Below are positions 61,946-64,000 of a stretch of DNA of 64,000 nucleotides, in pieces (the first letter of the stretch is position 1; every line of letters begins with the position of its first letter). Source of the DNA: Octopus bimaculoides (taxonomy: Eukaryota); assembly GCF_001194135.2 (NCBI RefSeq), contig NC_068984.1, positions 103,651,845 to 103,715,844 on the forward strand. The letters are read 5' to 3'. The translations under genes were made by a program, and so were the position numbers. Below the pieces are notes generated by a model. The model was given only the letters and a program-made list of their open reading frames with translations, had not been told where the DNA came from and searched no databases.

Positions 61946-63790
61946 CTTTTTTATTTAGTTTCAGCTCACGAGCTGTGGCCATGCTGGGGCACTGCCATTT
62001 GGTGTTGCTACATAATTTTACTTCACGAATGCTTTTTAGGAATTGACATTTGGTTCATTTTGGTTTGATGCTACTGCCCTTATCTGTACCTTCTGCCACG
62101 AGTTGGTTCATCTGGGACACTTGACAGTAAGAGGTCCAGCTTTATTTTGAAGACACCTACATCCACCCAATGCAGGTCTCTCAGGTCCTTCGGGAGGATA
62201 TTGAAGAGCTGTGATCCTCTGAAGCCCAGGCTATTGCAGTATCTTGTCCTTTATCTTGATGGCAAATTTGGAGTCCTTGGCACTATGCAGTGGTGCCAAG
62301 TTCTAGTATTTGTGTAACTCTCAATGCCAAAGTTTGGGACAAGTCCTTCTAGATGTATATTATGGCATATCTTTCTTGCCTTTGCTCTAAGGAATAGTCT
62401 TAATCTCTTGAGTCTTTCCTTGTAGCTTATATGCGGCATAGAGGCTATCTTCTTCGTGTAGCTTCGTTGGATTGCCTCAGGTTCTAAGATTAATTTGACA
62501 CTGATTGGTGACCATAGCTGAGAACAATAGTCAAAGTAGCTTAAGACAAGTGTCCTCCAGAGGACCATCGTGGTTTCCTGATCTCTTGTTCTAAATGTTC
62601 TAAGAATCCATCCATCCAGTCAGCCGCCTGCATTTCATTGCCAGTTTAGCAACATGTACATGGAAGGATGCATAGTTACTCATGTAAATGTCCAGGTCTC
62701 GCACTGACTGTGCCTCTGGGATTGCAATCCCTCGAGGTCCAGTGTATTTAAGGGGTATTGCATTTAGTTTTGCATGCTGATAGCACAAGGCTTGAAACTT
62801 TTCAGTCCACTTGTATATTTCATCCAGCTCACATTGCATGTGCATAGTGTCTTCAGGGTTCTGTATTACATGTGAGACTTTTGTATCATCTGCATAACTT
62901 GCAATTATAGCTCTCTGTGTGGCTGAGGGCATGTCTGAGAGAGCGATTATGAACAGTAGTGGTCCCAAAATAGTGCCTTGCAGAATACCTCACTATTTGT
63001 ATGTCATTGGAGGTGGCCCCATTGGCTACTACCACCTGACTTCTATACTTCAGAAAGTCATGAAGCCATTCTCCCAATTTTCCAACTATGCTGAGATCAC
63101 GCAGTTTGTGACATATTCCATGATCGACTTTATCAAAGGCCTTTGCAAAGTCAAGATACATCACTTCCACATTTGAGTGGTTGAGCAGCTGTTTCAGCAC
63201 CCAGTCATAGTGTTGTAAGAGCTGAGTCAGGCAGCTTCTTCCTGGTTGGAAACAATGTTAGGCAGCAAGTCATTTTCTTCAAGGAAGGCAATAAGTTTTC
63301 TTCTGACTATTCATTCCATGACCTTGCTGATATGTGAGGTCAGAGAGATAGGTCTGTAGTTCTTGGCTTCTGTTCTACCACCTCCTTTATGAATAGGGCA
63401 TATTTTACCCTCCTTCGGTTTTCTTGGAAGTTTGCCAGTTGCAAGGAAGCTCTGAAAGAGGGACTGCAGTGGTCTTGCTAGGACCCACATGCTTTTAGAA
63501 GGGTTGCTGGGAATCCATCAGGGCCAGTAGCTGAGTTTGGGTTCATTTCATTTATAGCCCTTTTTACATTGTCTTCCTTTATATTGATGTAATTGATCAT
63601 CACTGCCTCTGTTTTTATATCTACAGTGGTAAAAAAGTCAGTTGGATTGCTGACTTGCAAGTGTCCTAGGGGTGGAGTGAAAATACTTTTGAATTGCTCA
63701 TTTAGTATTTCACTTACCCTCATTGGGTTTCCTGTGAGTGTACCATCTTTTTCAAGGAGTGGCCCTATCCTGCAGTGTATTGTGTGATAT
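61945..63790 (-). mobile_element. CR1-clade LINE copy 2, 5'-truncated, intact 3' end
   Basis: GPDGFPATLLK, YLDFAKAFDKVDH, GPLLF, YADDT and LSYFDYCSQLWSP in broken frames; 3' tail ggcagtgccccagcatggccacagctcgtgagctgaaactaaataaaa. Confidence 0.9.
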
Positions 63791-64000
63791 GAGTATGGTT
63801 TCCATAATTAGTCATCAAAATAACTAACATTTTGCCTAGTGATGAAAAGAAAAAAAACTTAACATTTAAAATTTTCCCCTGACAAACAAATCAACTTGTG
63901 ACTGTTGATACATCAAGTTAAAGATCAAAAAGTATGTCTAGTAGGAAGTCAATATGAATTCAACCAGTGTACAACACAGATGCCAAATATATTCAATTCA

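Overview
AT-rich animal genomic DNA. The SINE families and very dense (AT)n/(GT)n microsatellites suggest an octopod cephalopod; this is inference, not a database result. The window holds the 5' part of one + strand gene, a neural-cadherin-like (Drosophila CadN/type III classical cadherin-like) protein. Seven coding exons splice with fully consistent GT-AG phases: 1931-3377, 47332-47508, 49360-49594, 51246-51474, 52391-52502, 54036-54171 and 58281-58519, giving 858 codons and continuing beyond the window. Intron 1 is about 44 kb. The introns are filled with tRNA-derived SINEs, CR1- and RTE-type LINE remnants, an internally deleted Gypsy element, two mariner remnants, piggyBac/hAT/Tigger MITEs and a polarised 32/36-bp minisatellite. 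Three observations stand out: (i) apparent concerted loss of Ca2+-binding residues at the first mature EC1-EC2 junction; (ii) a covarying 3' stem-loop shared by CR1 LINEs and the main SINE; (iii) sister SINEs that share a head but carry either CR1- or RTE-type tails, switching at an internal microsatellite. No CRISPR array, rRNA or bona fide tRNA gene is supported. Repeat boundaries are approximate and were read by eye.
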